Source of the DNA: Podarcis liolepis
Lineage: Eukaryota
Reading direction: 5' to 3' (one strand)
DNA length: 64,000 nt
Assembly (NCBI GenBank): GCA_965112155.1
Contig: OZ218105.1
Part shown: piece after piece, positions 1 through 14,185 of the stretch
Layout of the letters: every line of letters starts with the position of its first letter
Numbering within the stretch: the first letter of the stretch is position 1
The notes under the pieces: model-generated
What the model saw: the letters and a program-made list of their open reading frames with translations, nothing else
The model's database searches: none
What the model was told of the DNA's origin: nothing
Position numbers and translations under genes: made by a program

Positions 1-804
1 GAGACAGCAGACTGTGATCTATGGATTGGTCTTTAGAAGGGCAGGTTTGTCCAGATATTCATTTGCTGCGAACTTTTCAGCAGGCTTTAAAAGCTCATTT
101 ATTTTGGATCACCCTCTCTTAAATAAAGCCTTCATTATTAGAGAGCTTTATTAAGATGGATGGCTTTTCTATGCCTGGAGGAATGTTTATGTTGTTTTAT
201 TTGTTTTAGCTGGCCTCTATTTTAAAGGATTGTTAATATCGCAGCTATTGTAAGTTTCTTTTTCTATGTGGTTTTTTAATACTGTGTAAGCTGCCTTGAG
301 GCGCCCTATAAATAATTCCTATAAATAAAAATATAAATACTCTGCATCAGAGCCCATACAAATTAAACACACAAAACTAGGCAAAACACACACATAAATC
401 TAGTATACCTCCTCTAGCAATGGTTGTGCCATCCTAAGAAGGCTTGTCTCATGCTCTGAGAGCCCAGGCCCATATCTATATTAGAAATATTAGAACACCA
501 GACAGCAGCAGCATGGTGGAAAAATAGGCATAGCGAGAATGAATGGGTTTGGGACATAGGTCACCTTTACTCTAAAAATACAGTTTGAGTAGACTGGATC
601 AGTAGTGGAGGAAAATATGGCTGGTTTGGCTTGAGGGGTCTTCAGCACCATTTCAGCACTGTATTCAAGGCTTGAAGTCTATATATTAGGGGTGGATCTA
701 CACTCATGGTTTATAACGTTAAGAAAAGGGTTAAGGAACAATTTTCAAAATGTAATGGACACATTATGTTTTGGTGGTAATGTTTATAATGTGTTATTAA
801 AATA

Positions 805-1045
805 CAGTCGTACCTTGGAAGTCGAACAGAATCTGTTCCAGAAGTCCGTTCGACTTCCAAAACATTCAACTTCCAAAACACGGCTTCTGATTGGCTGCAG
901 GAAGCTCCTACAGCCAACCAGAAACCACAGAAGCCCCGTTGGACATTTGGCTTCCAAAAGAACATTTGAAAACTGGAACACTCAGGTCTGGTTTTCAATC
1001 GTTTGGGAGCCAAAACTTTCGACTCCCAAGACGTTCGGGAGCAAC
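805..1045. mobile_element. Tc1/mariner (Tigger/pogo-like) MITE, right end degraded
   Basis: ta|cagtcgtaccttggaagtcgaa left TIR; internal repeats ttcgacttccaa. Confidence 0.65.
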
Positions 1046-2659
1046 TATATAGATACAACTATAATGCGTTATTAAAATGTAACATCAGAGGGCACTGCAG
1101 AGCAACCAGGAACCAGGCAGTAAAGGAAACTGATGTTTTGAAGGAACGTTTAAGATAAGGCACATTTTTTTTGGCAGTATTCCTGTGACGTTTTAGAACG
1201 ATATAGTTAATATATTTCTAATAACATTAAAAAGGTCATTGTAGATACAGCCTAGGTTACCAGCCAGGGGCAGTAATGTAGGCTGTATAGGGGGTGTGGT
1301 GCAGGAAGGGCCTACAGGCTCTAAATGGTCCCCCAAATACAGAAATCTTAAATTAAAATAATTTCATTGAATATGGCAGTTGTATGATAAAGTTTGTTTA
1401 TATTTTTATTCTCTGAAATTAAAATAACAACTAAACATTCTCTTGCTAAGCTTCTATGATATCTGCATAGTTTTAATGATCTTAAAAAAATCTATACCTA
1501 TCCCTGTTGCCATAGTAAGTTTCTAAACTTGACATTGATTTGAGACATACTTTAGGTACATAACAATGCAAGAAGGCTTTCAGGAATAGCTGTGAACATA
1601 TTTGGTTGTGAATTTTCTTTGAAAAAGTCAAAAGTTGTCAATGTTTAAAAAAATGAAAATTGTAACATTCTGATAGATCTTTAACACGTCAATTAATATT
1701 ATCTATCAAGATTCATATATGAGCACTTTCTGATGATACATGCTTCATATTTCATTTCATTTCTTCTTCTCATAATTAATGTTTCATCTCCAGTCAGAAG
1801 TTATGTAATTGGATGCTGGTGTACAATCAAACTAAATTGGGAGAATACCTCTAGGAATGGATGCTATGTGACAATATACTGTTTTTACAGAGGGGGGAGG
1901 AACATGGCTGTCCCTAAATCTTGTCTGTCATGGGTGGACATGAGCAAGAGCTACATTCCTACAAGTGCTCCCAGGCTATAGAAGGCAAAGAGTCACTCAA
2001 GGAACATCTTCTCACCAATTGACTCCCTGCCAATTGACTGGTGGTACTACACAAGAATCACTATGGATGGAGGATGGCTGTCAGTTGACAATGCCAGAAA
2101 GCCGTTGCTTCTTGGGGGTCTGTCCTGGTTCCCATCTCAAGTATGATGATTGCGACTCTTACCTGGTAGTAAGAAAGAGATCTTTATTCTGGAAACATGA
2201 TACAGGCTCAGCACCAAGCATCAAGTTATAACAACTTAAAACTTCTAACTAGGCAACAAAAGGGCTTGATTAGGCAGAATAGAAACAGAGCTTAAAATTC
2301 AAGAGTCTAAGGAGTTCAGGACTACACAGGAGCTATCCCAATAGATTTCAACACCCACCCGCCAAGCTTTCAAAGGCGAAGTATGGCAAGGTTACTTGTG
2401 AAATCCCTGTGCTGTGGTGGAAGCTTGCAGGCATGCACTGCACTTGGGAAGGGGAATCTGTTCCCACCTGAGGAGGTCCAAGGCAACAAGGCTGAGTCCT
2501 TTCTTTTCAATTCCTGTTCATCCATCCTGAGAAAGCTGGTTGATGTCCTCCTTAGCCCCCAATGGGGCTTTCTACTTTCCAGGAGGGAAGGGGAGAGCTG
2601 GGCTCTGACTACTAGATTTGGAGAATGGTGAGGACTTCTCTCTTCTGTTCCAGTACTTT

Positions 2660-3034
2660 CAGGGACGCGGACTTAGAAAAAATATTGGGGGGGCCCGGGA
2701 AAGCTCATGAATAATAAATAAGCTCATGAATATGCAAATAAAGTGGCTCCAGCCCTAAATAGGGCAAGCCACGCCCCCCCCAGCCAGCCGATTGGCTGGC
2801 TGGGAGGTGTGGCCAGTCGGGATTCCCCTGTTCTCGCGGGATTTCCGGCAGTGCCTCCGATTAGGGCGCGCGGCTGGCTGGCTGGCGAAGGAGCAGGTGG
2901 GGAGGAGGCGGGGGACGGCGGCGGCGCTCTGCTGGAAGGGCGCCCGCCCGAGATTATTGGGGGGGCTGAGCCCCCCCAAAAAATTTTTTGAGGGGGCTCG
3001 AGCCCCCTCAAGCCCCATGGAGTCGGCGCCTATG
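2660..3034. mobile_element. Non-autonomous hAT DNA transposon, GC/CpG-rich
   Basis: Perfect 8-bp TSD agtacttt (2652-2659 / 3035-3042); imperfect TIRs cagggacgcggact / agtcggcgcctatg. Confidence 0.8.
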
Positions 3035-4030
3035 AGTACTTTCTATCTTGAAATTTGAAAGTAAGTTGAGAGCAAGAGACTGGATCCACCGAGACTGGAT
3101 AAAAGCAATAATTGCCTGCATTGGACTCTGCCCTCAGTCACTGTCCCACCCATTTCATTATCCATCATTTGGGTCCTTGCCTTCCATTGCCAAACTGTTT
3201 GGGGATTTAATGAAGCTGTGGCCTATTTCCATTCCAGTGCTGGGTGTTGTCTCTCTTTATTCTTTTCCAAGCCCATTGCGAGCACCAACTCTTTTTACAA
3301 ACCACTGTCAACCAATCCCTAAGTTGAGAGAGAAAGAGAGACGTATATGCCATCTCCCAATCTCCACCCTAGAACCACACAATGTAATTGATCTTAGAAA
3401 GCAGAAAACCATATTGTAGAGCAACTGAAGATCCAAATAGCAAGAAAGAGTTGTCAGAGGATTCTGTAAAGCTCTTTGCCAAGTGTATCTGGTTGTTGCT
3501 TACCTCCCACTCTCTGTATGTTGATTATCTGATCCAAGCATGCTTTAGACTCCTTCATCCCTGGCATCCTTCCAGCACAAGAAACTCCTCCGTTTACAGA
3601 TAATCTGACATTCCCAGCCTTAATTTTTCTCACGAAACAGTCACAAAAATGCAGATAATCTTAGGTATAATAATAACAACCGCTCAGAGAAAAACAAATG
3701 CATGTAAGGCTACTATTATTAATAAGGGTTTGAAGATATACGTACATGCAGTACCTAGAATACTTTTAATCTAGCATTATTCATACAATTTCTTCTGGAG
3801 TAATTGTATCTACTGGTCTTAGATGTCCATTGAAGCCACCAATTTTGCCACACATGACACCAGATGGGTAGAGGCTAACATGGCATTCTACATTAGACAA
3901 GTGAGGCAGAGCCACATGCATGCTTAGTACCACTTCACCACCTAAACAATATTATACTTCCACTTACAACAGTTTTCTGTCTGGACGACTTACTGATACA
4001 AAAAGCTGCTATGAAAACCTGTTAGATATT

Positions 4031-4149
4031 GGGTTGTATCAAATGAAATTCTACACAGAGTAGACCATTGAAAATAATCAATGAAAACTAGGCATGCCTA
4101 TTAATTTCAGTGGGTCTACTCTGTGTAACACTAACACTGGATACAATCC
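4031..4149. mobile_element. Short palindromic MITE (Harbinger-like)
   Basis: gggttgtatc / gatacaatcc ends; arms tacacagagtagacc / ggtctactctgtgta. Confidence 0.6.
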
Positions 4150-5799
4150 TATGTGTAATAATTTGTCAGTGGCCCTGCCTCCTCTTCCATCCTTCCCCCA
4201 ATGTCTGAGGTCAACAGGTGTTGTGAAAAATGTTTAGAAATCCCATGGTTAGTACAGTTTAGCTACCTGAAGCTTGAAAGGAGCATGGTTTGCATGATGG
4301 ACACAGAGCCAAATCCTAATACTGGAGCCAAGTGGCACAGCCTTTTCTACCAGCTCCTAGTGGGAAAGGGGTGGTGGGGTCCTTAGCTACCTCTTATATG
4401 TCACTAATAGTGTCCCTTGGAGTATATAACTGGGCCATGAGTTCATAGTGTTAAAGATAATGTTTGGAAAACTATTGTCAAGGGCTGTTATCCCATCTTG
4501 TTAGTTGTTGCTCATAAGACCAATGGAATAACAGGACTCACTTCTCACAGACTCACTAATAGCTTGGCTACTGATGGCTGTTTTGAAAATAAGTGTGCTA
4601 AGATGTGGGGAGGGGAGAGCAAGAGGAAGAAAAGCGATGCATTTCTGAGACCATACTGCTTTTCTTAAAATGTAATGGAAGGAAGGAGCCCTCATCTTCC
4701 TGGATCTGAAGCACTATGGTCCTTAATGAGAAGCATAAATAGAAGCATTTTTGCTAACCACCAAATTAGAAACAAATGTGCAGCCCCGAAGGAGGGTTTT
4801 TCTTTTGGGGGGGGGGTACCATGTGGTCTGATCTTTATGTACCAATCATTGCCTGCAGCATATAATAAAGTATATTTAACTCTTTAGAAACTTGTATTAA
4901 TGCCAGAAGGAAATAAAATGCCAGGGCGGCCCACTTTCATTGATGACATACATCGCTTTCATGTGCTGCTTTCATGCTAGTCATTCAGAAAGGCTGAGCC
5001 TCTCTCTCTCTCTTCCAGTGGTAAATTGTCAAGTGGAACTGGAGTTTATCAACACAAATTATTTGGAGAAAAACAGAGAGCCAGACCTGGGTGGTGAAGT
5101 TACTGGCATTATTACAAGCTAAAGGAACGGCAGAGCCTGAGAAGGTGAGGGAGAAAAGACTATAAAACACATATTCGTTAACACACACACAGAGAGAGAC
5201 ACAACATTCAGTAACAATTCCCAGACCTTCAGTTATAGAGAATTGGTTTAACTCACAGGTGGCAAAACTAAAATATATTATTCTACCCCACTTGATGGAA
5301 GATCCAATCTACTGAAACCTGTATGTCTTTTTATTTCCAAATATAGCAACCCATGCACAAACACACTTTTGTTAAACATGAGAGATTGTGCTGTTCTATA
5401 ACTTCTCTTATTTCAGAAAAAAAAAAACGTGTGAGGGGAGGCAGGATGGGACAAACGGTATTTTTCTTTATTGGGTGGTTAGCAACTATGCCTGGCTTCA
5501 TTGGGGGCTTTTAAAAATGGCTATTACTTTCAGCGTGTGTGTGATTGAAATTGCAGGTTAGGAGTGAAAGATTCAGCCTCCCTCCCCACTCTGTGCACTG
5601 TGGCCCTGATAAAAATTATCCTCTTAGCTAAAGCATCCAGGCCTGGGAGCTAATGAGGCAGTTAAAGTAGTGTCTGATTTTGCCCTTACTGTGAGCAGTC
5701 CACCTGGTTCTTCATGCCTTTCCTGCATTTTCCTTTAAGCAACATTAAGTTTTCACGAGTGTCCAGAGCCACAAACTTGCAGATTCCCTCATAGTAGCA

Positions 5800-6125
5800 G
5801 AAGCTGAATGTTGGAAATTTAGGAAGTACTTCTTCACATAGCACATAGTTGACTTATGGAATTGAGTTCCATAAGATGTAACGGACAACAACTTTACTGG
5901 CCTTAAAGGGGGTTTAGCAAATTTGTAACAGATACGGCTGTCAGTGACTAATAGCCATGATAGATATGTTCTAGTACTTATGCCAGAGGCAGTATGATAA
6001 AGCTCACAAGTGGGCAAGTGATGTTGCCCTCAGGACCTCCTTGAGGGCTTCCCATAGGCATCTCATTGGCCACTGTGAAAGCAGGATGCTACCCTAGATG
6101 GGCCTTTGGTCTGATCTAACAGGGT
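5800..6125 (+). mobile_element. CR1 LINE 3' end, old
   Basis: aagtacttcttcacatagcacatagtt...tggaatt; tail ctagatgggcctttggtctgatc. Confidence 0.7.
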
Positions 6126-9100
6126 TAATATTTATCAAAATACAGAAATGTATGAAGTGATTATTCTCATAGGTGTCTCTGGTGATGAGACAAGACTAGC
6201 TGAAATAAATTTAATGAATCTGAAATACCATAATTATGGAAGCTATCTCTTCTGGGTAAATGAAGGGAGATAGATCCATACATGATATTAATAAATCCAG
6301 CAGCTCAACTGATCTGACCTGTCTAATAGCAACTGACAATGTGATTTTTAAAAAAATGCATGTGATGTTGGGCCAATCTATTATCAACAGCCTCTTTATC
6401 TCCTGTAACTCCAAGGAACATTCCAATTAATAGCTGATAACACGTTACAGGTTTCTAGTGGATAAAACTCCTTTTAGAGATAGAGGTATCCAGCCAAACA
6501 ATGTGTGTGGAGGGCAGAGCAATTTTGAACAGAATTAATGGGCTTTGTCCTGTTCTTTTGGCTCAAACAACACATAATCTTAATGAAAGGAAACAGACAC
6601 AGTTGTTCTAAGCATTTTCAAAGGAAACTGCAGGAAAGTATAAAGGGTTGCCGTATAAAAGCCGCATGTGTCACGGAGATGCTCTGATATTGTTTTCACT
6701 TGCCAGCTGTATGTAAAGTGGGAGATTATGCCCGCGGCCAAGAGGTCTTCCCACATCAGAACAACAACAGCCAAAAAGCCATGGAAATGTTGGCAAAAGC
6801 GCTCACTTTACCTCAAAATGCATTTAATTTTTCGTAAACAAGTTCCATGCATAGCCAAAAGCATGCAGACAAGAATATTAAGCTTTATTAAAACATACTT
6901 TGTTGAGAGATATAATACGAAGAGTTGTTTTCAGCAAAAACATGACATTCAGTTGCATTGGCTGTTATGTAGGATGCCATGAAACTAACCCAGTTGCTGA
7001 TTTTCTATTGTTAGTATCTTCTAAGGATGTGGCTGCATCAGCTGTTTGTCCTGGGATATACCAATAATAGCTGGTGCCATGTACAACTTAGTGTGAATGG
7101 TCTCCTGCTTCTGAATTTACCTACAGAGTGAGTCAGACTTTCATTAAAGAGGTGTCATCTTTTCCATAACAACTCCAGCAGTTTTGCTCACGATGTTCAG
7201 ATATTGTGGGGATAATTGTCCCCTATCAGCTTGCTGCTTGAAGGAGCAAGACAGGATGTTCAGGGCCAGATTTAGGAATAGATGTACCATGCAGATGCCT
7301 GGGGCACCAAACTCAAAGGGGCACCTGTCATAGACTATCTACTTGGCTAACCATTCAACAGCTGAAACAAATAGTACAAACAGTACATCTTCACTTGTAA
7401 AGCTGGCACCACTGACCTTCATGACCAAATTTGAGTTATTCTTTCTGTTAAGTTGTGGGCAAACATATTAGACGACACAGCGATTCTTCAAACAGCTCTT
7501 CTTTATTTTGAGGCCGGAACTGAACTGAGCTGAAGGGCTCAGTCAGCCTGCTTATATAGAGCTCCAGTACCTTGTTACTGTAACAACTTTCTAAAACTAT
7601 CCAATCACTGAACGTCACTTTCGATCCTTCATTTGCATAACTGTCTACAGTATCCCCCTGCTGGCCCAGGGTGAGAACTTCAGTACATAACACTTTTTCA
7701 TTTTTAATTCATGGGAAAATGTACAACATTAATACCCATTCATCAAACAGATAATCAGATAAGTTCATACAAATAATAATAATAATTTATTATTTATACC
7801 CCGCCCATCTGAGGAGTAAAGACCACATGTTTCTAGTGTATGCGCATTGTGTCTAAAGTAAGCACATAATTTTTTCAGTACCTTGTATCTCCCATTGTAG
7901 GTTATGGGTCCTTCTTCCTGTCATTGCATAGGGTATAGAACTACAGACTTCTTAATAGTCAAACCAAATGATTACTTTTTCCATAATTCTGTTTTACCCA
8001 CTAAAGCTTCAATCCTATGAACACTTGAGAGTAAGCACTATTAAGGTAGAGTCTGACCAATGTCTTCCTCACTAAGCATGCATAGGATCAAGCTGTAGGC
8101 GTGCTTACTACAATATAACCTGATGGAAGTTAATCACAGTTAATTTCCCTTTAATGTGATTCAGCTATTCTCTTTGTGAAATTTAACTTAAAGGATAGGA
8201 AAAAGTGGATGTTTACACATATAGTGGAGATTCTAATCCACTTTAATATGTGAGAACAGAAGAAGGACTAGAACTAGTGACTGGAAGTTGTTCCATATTC
8301 AATATGCAGAATGCAAAATGGTAATTCTATAAATTATCATCCTTCACTGCTAAGGATGCAAATGCGAGATGACTCACTGTTGTGGGTTTCTTTTTGGCTC
8401 CTTATGAAAATGAGGACAGCTGCTAAGAATGATGAGCAACAGTATCTTTCTCATTTTTGTGTGTGGTTTTGCATCTTTTTACAGCTGCTTTTGACATTCC
8501 ACTTTGATTTGTCACTTCTTGACCACCCTGTCATATTTACAGAAATGTAGGTAAAGGTGAGAAGGGGGCAGATTCCACCCCCCTTCAATATAGGCTTAGG
8601 GGTGAAACATCGTTAGGAGCTGTCAACAGCAAGACAAAGCCCAGCATTGCACTGACACCTTCCTTCCTCCCCACCCACACCAGACAACAGGCTCCAGGAG
8701 TGTCCTTTCATTTTAATTCCACAAAATGGCCTAAAACAAATTTAGCCAACATGGTGCCTTTGGTATAATAAGTACTGCTAATATTCTGGAACCTGCTGGC
8801 CCCATTGTTGCTGATTTTGGTTTTGGTCTCCAAGGTGGGCCTTGGTTTAGCAACTTTGGTCATGACTGCAGGGTACACCTGGAAGACAATTTTTAGTCCT
8901 GGTGTTTTGTCTTTCCTGTGTTGTTTAGCAATAAGTGATATTAAAGGAAGGAGGATCCAACAATAAAATATTTTTTAACATTAGGAGTCAAATAACGAAA
9001 TGTCAGACGTCTAGGATAGCGGTTCCAAAACTTTCTCCTCAAGGACCACTTCAAAATTGCAGAGGATCTTGGCAGACCACTTAATGTTGTTTTTTTCTGT

Positions 9101-9307
9101 TGTAGCAACTGCAGCCTACTGTGCTAGATGCTGTATTTTGTATTTTAATTGCTTCTTTTATTTCTTATATTGTATGTTATTGTATTGCAATTTGAATTCT
9201 TTAAAATTTTCAGTTTGAATTCCGTAAAATTCTGGCGAGCATTTCAGGTTGCCAGATAGAACACTCTTCTTCTCCTCTCTCCATGTGCTGTTCGGAGAGT
9301 TCTCACA

Positions 9308-9332
9308 ACACACACACACACACACACACACA
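9308..9332. repeat. (CA)n microsatellite
   Basis: Seen directly. Confidence 0.9.
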
Positions 9333-9741
9333 CCCGCCAAGCCAAAAGGAGGAGGGGCATACAGAAGGAGGAGAGGAGGAAAGCTCCATTGCACAAGCAG
9401 AAGTCCATGTGCAGGGATTATTCTGACAGGACTCATTAGGTGAATCTCACCATATGCCTTCAGAAGAGGTGGAGTAAATTTAAAAGTTCCTTTAGACATG
9501 TGTCAATAGACATAAAAATGACTTCCCCACCTCCTTTATAGCCACACCTACAATGGAGGATTGAATTCTGAGTAACTGGAGCTAATCACACCCTACCACT
9601 AGATGTAAAATAGACCCAGCCAGGTGTACACTCTGTAGCTATATTGGTCCTTCCTCAGGTTTAGTGAATTAAGATCACACAAGTGGGAACTTTGGTATAA
9701 GAGTGCATGGCATGAAAAAGTGGCCAGGGCTAAAATATATA

Positions 9742-10003
9742 CAGTCATACCTTGGGTTGAGAATGTGATCTGTGCAGGAGGCATGTTCACCAACCCGCAG
9801 CGTTCGCAGCCTGAAGCGCTGCGTCTGTGCACGTGTGTGATGCGATTTGGCGCGTCTGCGCATGCTCGTGATATCATTTTGTGGTTTTGCGCATGCGCGA
9901 GCGCCGAAACCCAGAAGTAACCTGTTCCAGTACTTCCGGATTTGGCGCGGTCCACAACCTGAAAACGCTCAACCCACAGTGTTCATAACTCGAGGTACGA
10001 CTG
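9742..10003. mobile_element. Tigger/pogo-like MITE
   Basis: TA TSD; TIR cagtcataccttgggtt / aactcgaggtacgactg. Confidence 0.85.
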
Positions 10004-10995
10004 TATGCTCAAGTGCTCCTTAAGTTGAGCAAGTTGATTGCAATCACTCAAACATTCTTCTCGACTTCATGCTTCAGTTACAGTCCTCTCCATTGATAGT
10101 GTCCCTATTGGCATCTGGCAATAAGACAAGTGTGGAATGACCTGTTTTGAGACTTTGGGCAAAATACCAAAGGCTTCTTGACCTCAAGGTCAAGTCAGGC
10201 CTACAGGTTGAAAGTCTTCAGGGAAGGTATGTCAGTAAGGTTTTCTGCCAAGAGCGACACAGAAATTTATCATAAACAACTGAATAAAAAAGAATGTCAT
10301 ATTCTATCAACAGCTCATAGAATTAAGCAGTAGCCAAACTAGGAGGCACCATTCATTCTGTACAACAATAGCAGAGTCCCGTAGTATTTTACTGGGGCAT
10401 CACATGCCTTCAAGATTTAGCTTTTCTAAACTGCTCAGATTAATTAGTTTGCATAGACTATTCCAAGGTCGGTTAAAGATGAAATATAGGCAGGATTAAC
10501 TACTTTGCACTCACTTCAGAGACATTATTTATAGCATGCAATTTTATCCTTTTCCTCCCAGGCACATGTCAGAGAAAAACACATCTTGTCATGCTTTGGC
10601 ATTATCTCTCATTTTCCATTACAGTAACCAGGTGGAGATGCTTTTTATTCTGTGCCAGCAACATTGCATATCCAGAACAATTTTTCTTCCCCCCACCCAA
10701 ACTTTTTTAAATGATTTCTCTGCTCAAAGGCATTTTTCTTGTAGCAATATAGTCCTCTAACATATGCTACCCTTCTATTGAATATTCTACTCATCTGTGC
10801 TTGACAATGAAATGCAATGTGTTGTAGAAAAACTTGTTTTCCAAGTCTTGCCAGCAAAGGCAATTCAGCAGAATGACAGCAGTTATTCAGTCACAGATTC
10901 CTCATTTATGCACTGGTCTATTTATTCATCTACTTGAGAAGCTGTTAGCCCACTTTTCTTCATAAAGACTGAAAAGTGGCTTCCAATAAAAAGTA

Positions 10996-11142
10996 CCGTA
11001 TTTTTCTGTGTATAAGATTAGGTCCCCCCCTAAAAATAATGTCAAAAATTAGGGGGTGTCTTATGCATGGATACATCTCCCCCATTTTCTTAAATCTGGG
11101 TCCCCCCAAAATAGGAGGCGTCTTATAGACGGAAAATTACGG
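10996..11142. mobile_element. Tc1/mariner-superfamily MITE (CCGTATTT TIR type)
   Basis: ta|ccgtatttttc...gaaaattacgg|ta. Confidence 0.8.
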
Positions 11143-11862
11143 TAAGAATGGGGTCTTCAAGTGTTCCATGTGGATTCTTGCAAAACCCTTGAGAAAATCA
11201 ATCCCACAAAAAATTGAATTATCAAGTTTACCTGTGTCAGAAATAGGCCGTAACAGTTTGTAGTACTTTGTTTGAACCAGGACCAAGGAAAGGTCAGATT
11301 ATAAGGATGACATCAATAAAGCGTCATGGTTTATTGTGCAGTGTACAAAGCTTCAGAAGCTTAGTAGGGTAATTGTTAGCAAAAAAGTCATTCTGAAATT
11401 CCCTGAAAATATCCATTCCTATTTATCTGAAGATTTATAATTTGCCTTTTGTTTCAAATGAGTTCTCAGGCATCCCTCAAAAGACAAAGAATAACATTGC
11501 AATGAAAGAAAGAAAAGACAACCTTTATTAAATCAAAGTACCCAAACATAATAGGTACCTTAGAGTAAAGATAGAGATTTTAGGCAGATTTAGGATAGGG
11601 GTGTGTCTAATAGTGTTGTTTGTCTGGTGGTAAGGCTTCTGTCAACAGAACATGATGGTAAACAATTTTTGGCAATTAATTCTCCCTGCTGAAGCCCCTG
11701 TACCACCCTAAATCTGCTCTGGGTGGGTGGGTGGGTGAGGAAATAGCTGAAAATGACTTTCTTCCCCATTTTGTTAATGGAAGCTACAGCATCAACTGAG
11801 CAACACTTGTTGATACAACCAGTATGATTTAAGTGCAGAACTAACTGCTGAGATCTCAGGTA

Positions 11863-11865
<3 letters not shown>

Positions 11866-11895
<30 letters not shown>
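11866..11895. repeat. (TACT)n microsatellite
   Basis: Seen directly. Confidence 0.9.
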
Positions 11896-11896
<1 letters not shown>

Positions 11897-12558
11897 TTGG
11901 TGTGTGGCATTTTCTGGATTGCATGGACCATATTTTATTGTCAAATTGCAATATTTTATTGTCCAGTTGCAGTTCCCAAACTGCAAGGAAATATGCCTGC
12001 ACAACCACAATGTATTATGTAGGATTTTGCCATCTGTGTGAATTTTTTTATATATCGGGAAGAAGGGAGTCAGCTAATACACTGCTATTTGCCTCATTAC
12101 AGCTAAAGAGCGAGAGGATTTGGCTGCCAATTCCCGTGATTACTGGATTTTTGAAGAATGAAGACTGCTAAGCTCTGGTTCATGACAGGTAAGCTCTGAT
12201 TTATGATACGTTCACAGGTATACACCAAATATAAAAGAGCAAAGTAGAAGAAAACACTAATCATTGCAGCAAATTAGGTTCTAGCAGTGCCTGCCAAGTT
12301 CTGATCCATTCAGCTGACATGCTGCAAAAGGTTGAGTGTCAAAACACTCTCTATGTTGTTAAAATGGATTAACTTTGGGCAGCTGTATTGTCATCAGTTG
12401 TACACTTCTTTTTAATTAGCAGATCTACAGCAGTGTTGAAATGATGTGCCCATTTTCTCTTCACTGTTGCCAGACACTTTTGAGCTGAAAGCAATGCCAG
12501 CTTTCTGCATGTGCCTGGCCTACAGCACAAAGTTTGGGGTCTCCCAAGCTTTTCTGTT

Positions 12559-12611
12559 TCCTTCCTTCCTTCCTTCCTTCCTTCCTTCCTTCCTTCCTTC
12601 CTTCCTTCCTT
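12559..12611. repeat. (CCTT)n microsatellite
   Basis: Seen directly. Confidence 0.9.
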
Positions 12612-13067
12612 TCACAAAACTGTTTCTAGTCCTCATTTGAGTGGATAAATGGGTGTTTGGCAATGTATCCTTGGAGATTTATGTCATGGTTCCAAACACT
12701 GGTGCCTATGTACCAGACTGCAGAATCATACATGGGTCTGCCTCACATTACAGTAACCCTCTGAAGAAGCTTGAGAAATATTAAGTTCCCCATTGACAAT
12801 CTCAGCGCTACATCACAAGCTGTACTAAATTAGTGAGTCTATCTAGTGAGTACAGCCACAGCCTTTAACAATTTGTTCCAGTTTGTGCTCCTTACAAGAA
12901 TAATATCCATTTGAAGGGGCATATCATCTGAACTGGTTATTTCGGCCAGCCTTTCCCAGAGCTGCAGCCATTTCAAAAGCATACTGCTGTGCAAATGGCT
13001 ACTTAGAGCTAAACTAGATCCGATATTAAATGCATCCTTGCATTTAACCTACTGTTTTAAAAATATT

Positions 13068-13714
13068 ATTTATTAAATTTATTAGTTGTTTTATCTTGTC
13101 CAAGGCAACCCAGAGTGTCTTACAAACCAACCAACCAACCAACCAACCAACCAACCAACCAACCAACCAACCAAGATCCACACAGATACATTAAAACCAA
13201 GTGAGGAAAAATGCACTGAATGCAGCCCATCCACTTCTAAATGCCACAGATAGTTAAAGGCCAAAGGCCTGGTTGTAGAGGAAAGTTTCTGCCTGGCACC
13301 TCGATATATAATAATGGTGCCAAGTGAGCCTCCCCTGGGGAGAGTGTTCCACAAACAGGGAGCCACTGCAGAAAAAGCCCATTCTCATGTTGCCCCCCTC
13401 TGGACCTCATGTGGAGAAGGCACACGAAGATGGGCCTCAGGTGATGGTTGCAGGGTCTGGGTTGGTTCATGTGGGGAGAGGCAATCCTCGAGGTACTGCG
13501 ATCCTGAGCCATTTAAGGCTTTATAGGTCAAAACCAGCACTTTGAATTGGGCTCAAAAACTAATTGGCAGCCAGTGCAGTCGGCCAGGATTGGTGTTATA
13601 TGCTCAAATCATCTTGTCCCAGTGAACAACCCGGCTACTGAATTATGCACCAACTGAAGTTTCCGAACCTTCTTCAGTGGCAGCCCCATGTATAACACAT
13701 TGCAGTAATCTAAT
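13068..13714 (-). mobile_element. L2-clade LINE 3' fragment
   Basis: Minus strand reads LDYCNVLYMGLPLKKVRKLQLVHN (L2 ORF2 C-terminal motif). Confidence 0.8.
13127..13174. repeat. (CCAA)n microsatellite in L2 tail
   Basis: Seen directly. Confidence 0.9.
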
Positions 13715-14185
13715 ATTTAAATTATATTAACTAGGTGGGGGTTGCCAGCAGGGGATTTCCTCCCAAGGCAAATACCAGCATCATTGGAGGGATTTTTGGC
13801 AGGACTGCAGCAGAGAAGAAATTATTACATTCCCTCTCCCTACACACCTGCTCCTATTTGCATTAAAAAAACAAAACAAAATCCTAGGCATTAAATACAA
13901 AGATGTATTTTATTTCACATCTACTTTGGCTCTTACTTCTGGTGTTTCCTGTGGTGCTTTCTTCACACAGTTGTAGGTTCACATGTGCCTAAGACAATCA
14001 TGTGGAGGGAAAGAGGCAATAGAATTGACCAAATGAAGGAGATCTTATACATTTGAGACACATACACAGCACTGTTGGTAGGCAACGCAATTTAAGGATA
14101 CAAAAGCAGGATTTCAAGCATACCTTCTAATCCTTAGTAGTCCTGCCCAACAGCTTTGTTTGAGCTCATCTAGCTTGAAGCCCTA

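Larger units (their letters stand above)
13006..13932. mobile_element. PIF/Harbinger-like MITE interrupted by an L2 fragment
   Basis: TTA TSD (13003-13005 / 13933-13935); about 40-bp imperfect TIR gagctaaactagat...ttgcatttaa / ttaaatacaaagat...atctactttggctc. Confidence 0.7.

Noticed and set aside
1925-2620. Possible solo LTR (also 34193-34683)
   Set aside because: TG...CA-like ends and polyA-like motifs, but no TSD or second copy I could verify
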